A stretch of DNA of 48,490 nt. Origin: Spirochaetales bacterium (lineage in GTDB: Bacteria; Spirochaetota; Spirochaetia; SZUA-6; Bin103). The position numbers were made by a program, and so were the translations under genes. The DNA lies in contig JAKZWC010000169.1 of assembly GCA_047515735.1 (NCBI GenBank), positions 1 through 48,490 on the forward strand, given 5' to 3'. The notes beneath the pieces were generated by a model, which saw only the letters and a program-made list of their open reading frames with translations, did not search any database and had not been told where the DNA came from. This document shows positions 47,367 to 48,490 of the stretch, in pieces (the first letter of the stretch is position 1; each line of letters starts with the position of its first letter).

Positions 47367-48401
47367 ATGCGACCCCTTTCACACCGGACCGCCCGCGGCG
47401 TCCGCGTCTTCTCCCTGGCCCTGGCGGCCTGGGGATGCCTGGGCTGCGAGCCGGCCGGCCACGCGCTGGTGGAGGATGTCGATCTCCTGCCACCGGTGTT
47501 CAACGGGATAACGGTTACCTCCGAGACCACCGTCATCGCGCGCTTCGACGAGCCGGTAACCATGGCGCCGGAAGCGGTGACGGTGGAGCCCGACCTCGCG
47601 GTGACCGAAGTCGGCGCGGGCGAGGAGGTGGTGATCACCGTGGCAACGCCGTTGACTGCCGGCCGGCGCTATACCCTGCACACCACCGCCCGCGACGAGC
47701 GCGGCAACAGCACTACCTTCGTGGCTCGCTTCTGGGGTTACAACCCGCGGCCACCCGGCCTGGTCATCAACGAGTTCACCACCCAGGGATCCAAGAAGAG
47801 GCCGGACGCGATCGAGCTGTACGTCACCCGCGACGGCAACCTCGGCGGCGTGACCGTGTACGACGGCTGCGCCGACAACTATCGCGACCACGTGGTACTG
47901 CCCGCGGTCGAGGTGACCGCCGGCGACTATGTCGTGATCCATGCCACCGCCCACGGTCTGGGCGAGGATGAGCACGCCGACGCCGATCAGTCGGACCATG
48001 AACTGGCCCTGCCGGGGGTATGGGACTTCTGGATGCAGGAAGGCACCGGCCTCTCGGGGAAGAACGGGGTGCTCACCGTCCACGCCGCACCCGGCGGCGC
48101 GCTGCTCGACGGCGTGCTCTACAGCAGCCGGACCTCCGACTCGGACGACCGCTACCGTGGGTTCGGCAGCAAGGCGACCATGCTGCGCGCCGACCGTCTG
48201 GCAGAGCTGGGCGGCTGGCGGTTCGCCGGCGAACGGATCGCTCCGGAAGACGCGATCAGCTCCGCGGCCACCACCTCCACACGCTCACTGAACCGGGGCA
48301 GCTCCGCTACCGACACCGACAGCCCCGCCGACTGGCACACGGTACCCACTCGCAAGGCGAGCTTCGGCGCCGTCAACAGCGACGACGTTCACGGCCGGTA
48401 G
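47367..48401 (+). CDS. Lipoprotein with Ig-like N-terminal region and lamin-tail-domain (LTD)-like segment
   Basis: Lipobox-like LAAWGCLGC. PPVFNGITVTSETTVIARFDEPV resembles Ig-like surface-layer modules. LVINEFTTQGSKKRPDAIELYVTRDGNLGGVTVYDG resembles the LTD core (INE...ELYN...L.GW). Confidence 0.5.
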   Translation: MRPLSHRTARGVRVFSLALAAWGCLGCEPAGHALVEDVDLLPPVFNGITVTSETTVIARFDEPVTMAPEAVTVEPDLAVTEVGAGEEVVITVATPLTAGRRYTLHTTARDERGNSTTFVARFWGYNPRPPGLVINEFTTQGSKKRPDAIELYVTRDGNLGGVTVYDGCADNYRDHVVLPAVEVTAGDYVVIHATAHGLGEDEHADADQSDHELALPGVWDFWMQEGTGLSGKNGVLTVHAAPGGALLDGVLYSSRTSDSDDRYRGFGSKATMLRADRLAELGGWRFAGERIAPEDAISSAATTSTRSLNRGSSATDTDSPADWHTVPTRKASFGAVNSDDVHGR

Positions 48402-48415
48402 CCGCCCCTTACCTT

Positions 48416-48460
48416 CCAGCCAGGACCTTCGTCGGGTAAACCCGACCAGCTCCTGGCTGG
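48416..48460 (+). terminator. Long imperfect hairpin downstream of the last gene (possible bidirectional terminator)
   Basis: CCAGCCAGGA (48416-48425) pairs with TCCTGGCTGG (48451-48460). An inner stem pairs GTCGGG (48431-48436) with CCCGAC (48441-48446) across a TAAA loop. There is no clear T-tract. It lies between the stop at 48401 and what looks like the 3' end of a minus-strand gene entering from the right edge. Confidence 0.35.
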
Positions 48461-48490
48461 CTACACGTAGGCCTTGAACATCCCTTCGAT

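Noticed and set aside
48461-48490. Possible 3' end of a minus-strand gene entering from the right edge (reverse translation ...IEGMFKAYV*)
   Set aside because: Only 9 codons are visible, so it cannot be identified or even confirmed as coding.

Overview
This is a high-G+C bacterial chromosomal segment. ClpS/ClpA, an MltD-like transglycosylase, an outer-membrane-type beta-barrel and lipoboxes suggest a diderm organism. Most of it is housekeeping: ptsP, valS, purN, clpS-clpA, rel/spoT, prmC, prfA, an ABC-F ATPase, icd, sugar and oxidoreductase genes, and envelope lipoproteins. The high G+C produces many long antisense or off-frame shadow ORFs in the track. Several real genes start well inside the listed ORFs, and I re-set those starts by hand.

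The stand-out region is a visibly low-G+C insertion at about 7.6-10.35 kb. It lies between a molybdo-hydroxylase gene and a sugar-acid dehydratase operon. It carries a translationally coupled two-gene cassette: an ABC/SMC-like AAA ATPase and a TIGR02646-type HNH nuclease. This is the architecture of the Septu (PtuA/PtuB) anti-phage system. A decayed IS91-family transposase tail sits next to it.

Other accessory or odd features:
- A Gp49/HigB-like toxin plus XRE antitoxin module. The toxin has an in-frame TGA at the conserved Trp position, and a perfect 17-bp inverted repeat lies just upstream.
- A scar region at 18.5-19.3 kb with two truncated genes and a stand-alone promoter plus intrinsic terminator.
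- An unusual fusion of a glycosidase-like domain with an FGE-sulfatase domain.
- A 14-bp tandem repeat.
- A >12 kb co-directional gene run stitched together by 4-nt start/stop overlaps.

I recognised no rRNA, tRNA or CRISPR array. All family assignments come from motifs read by eye and recalled family knowledge. No database search was run.
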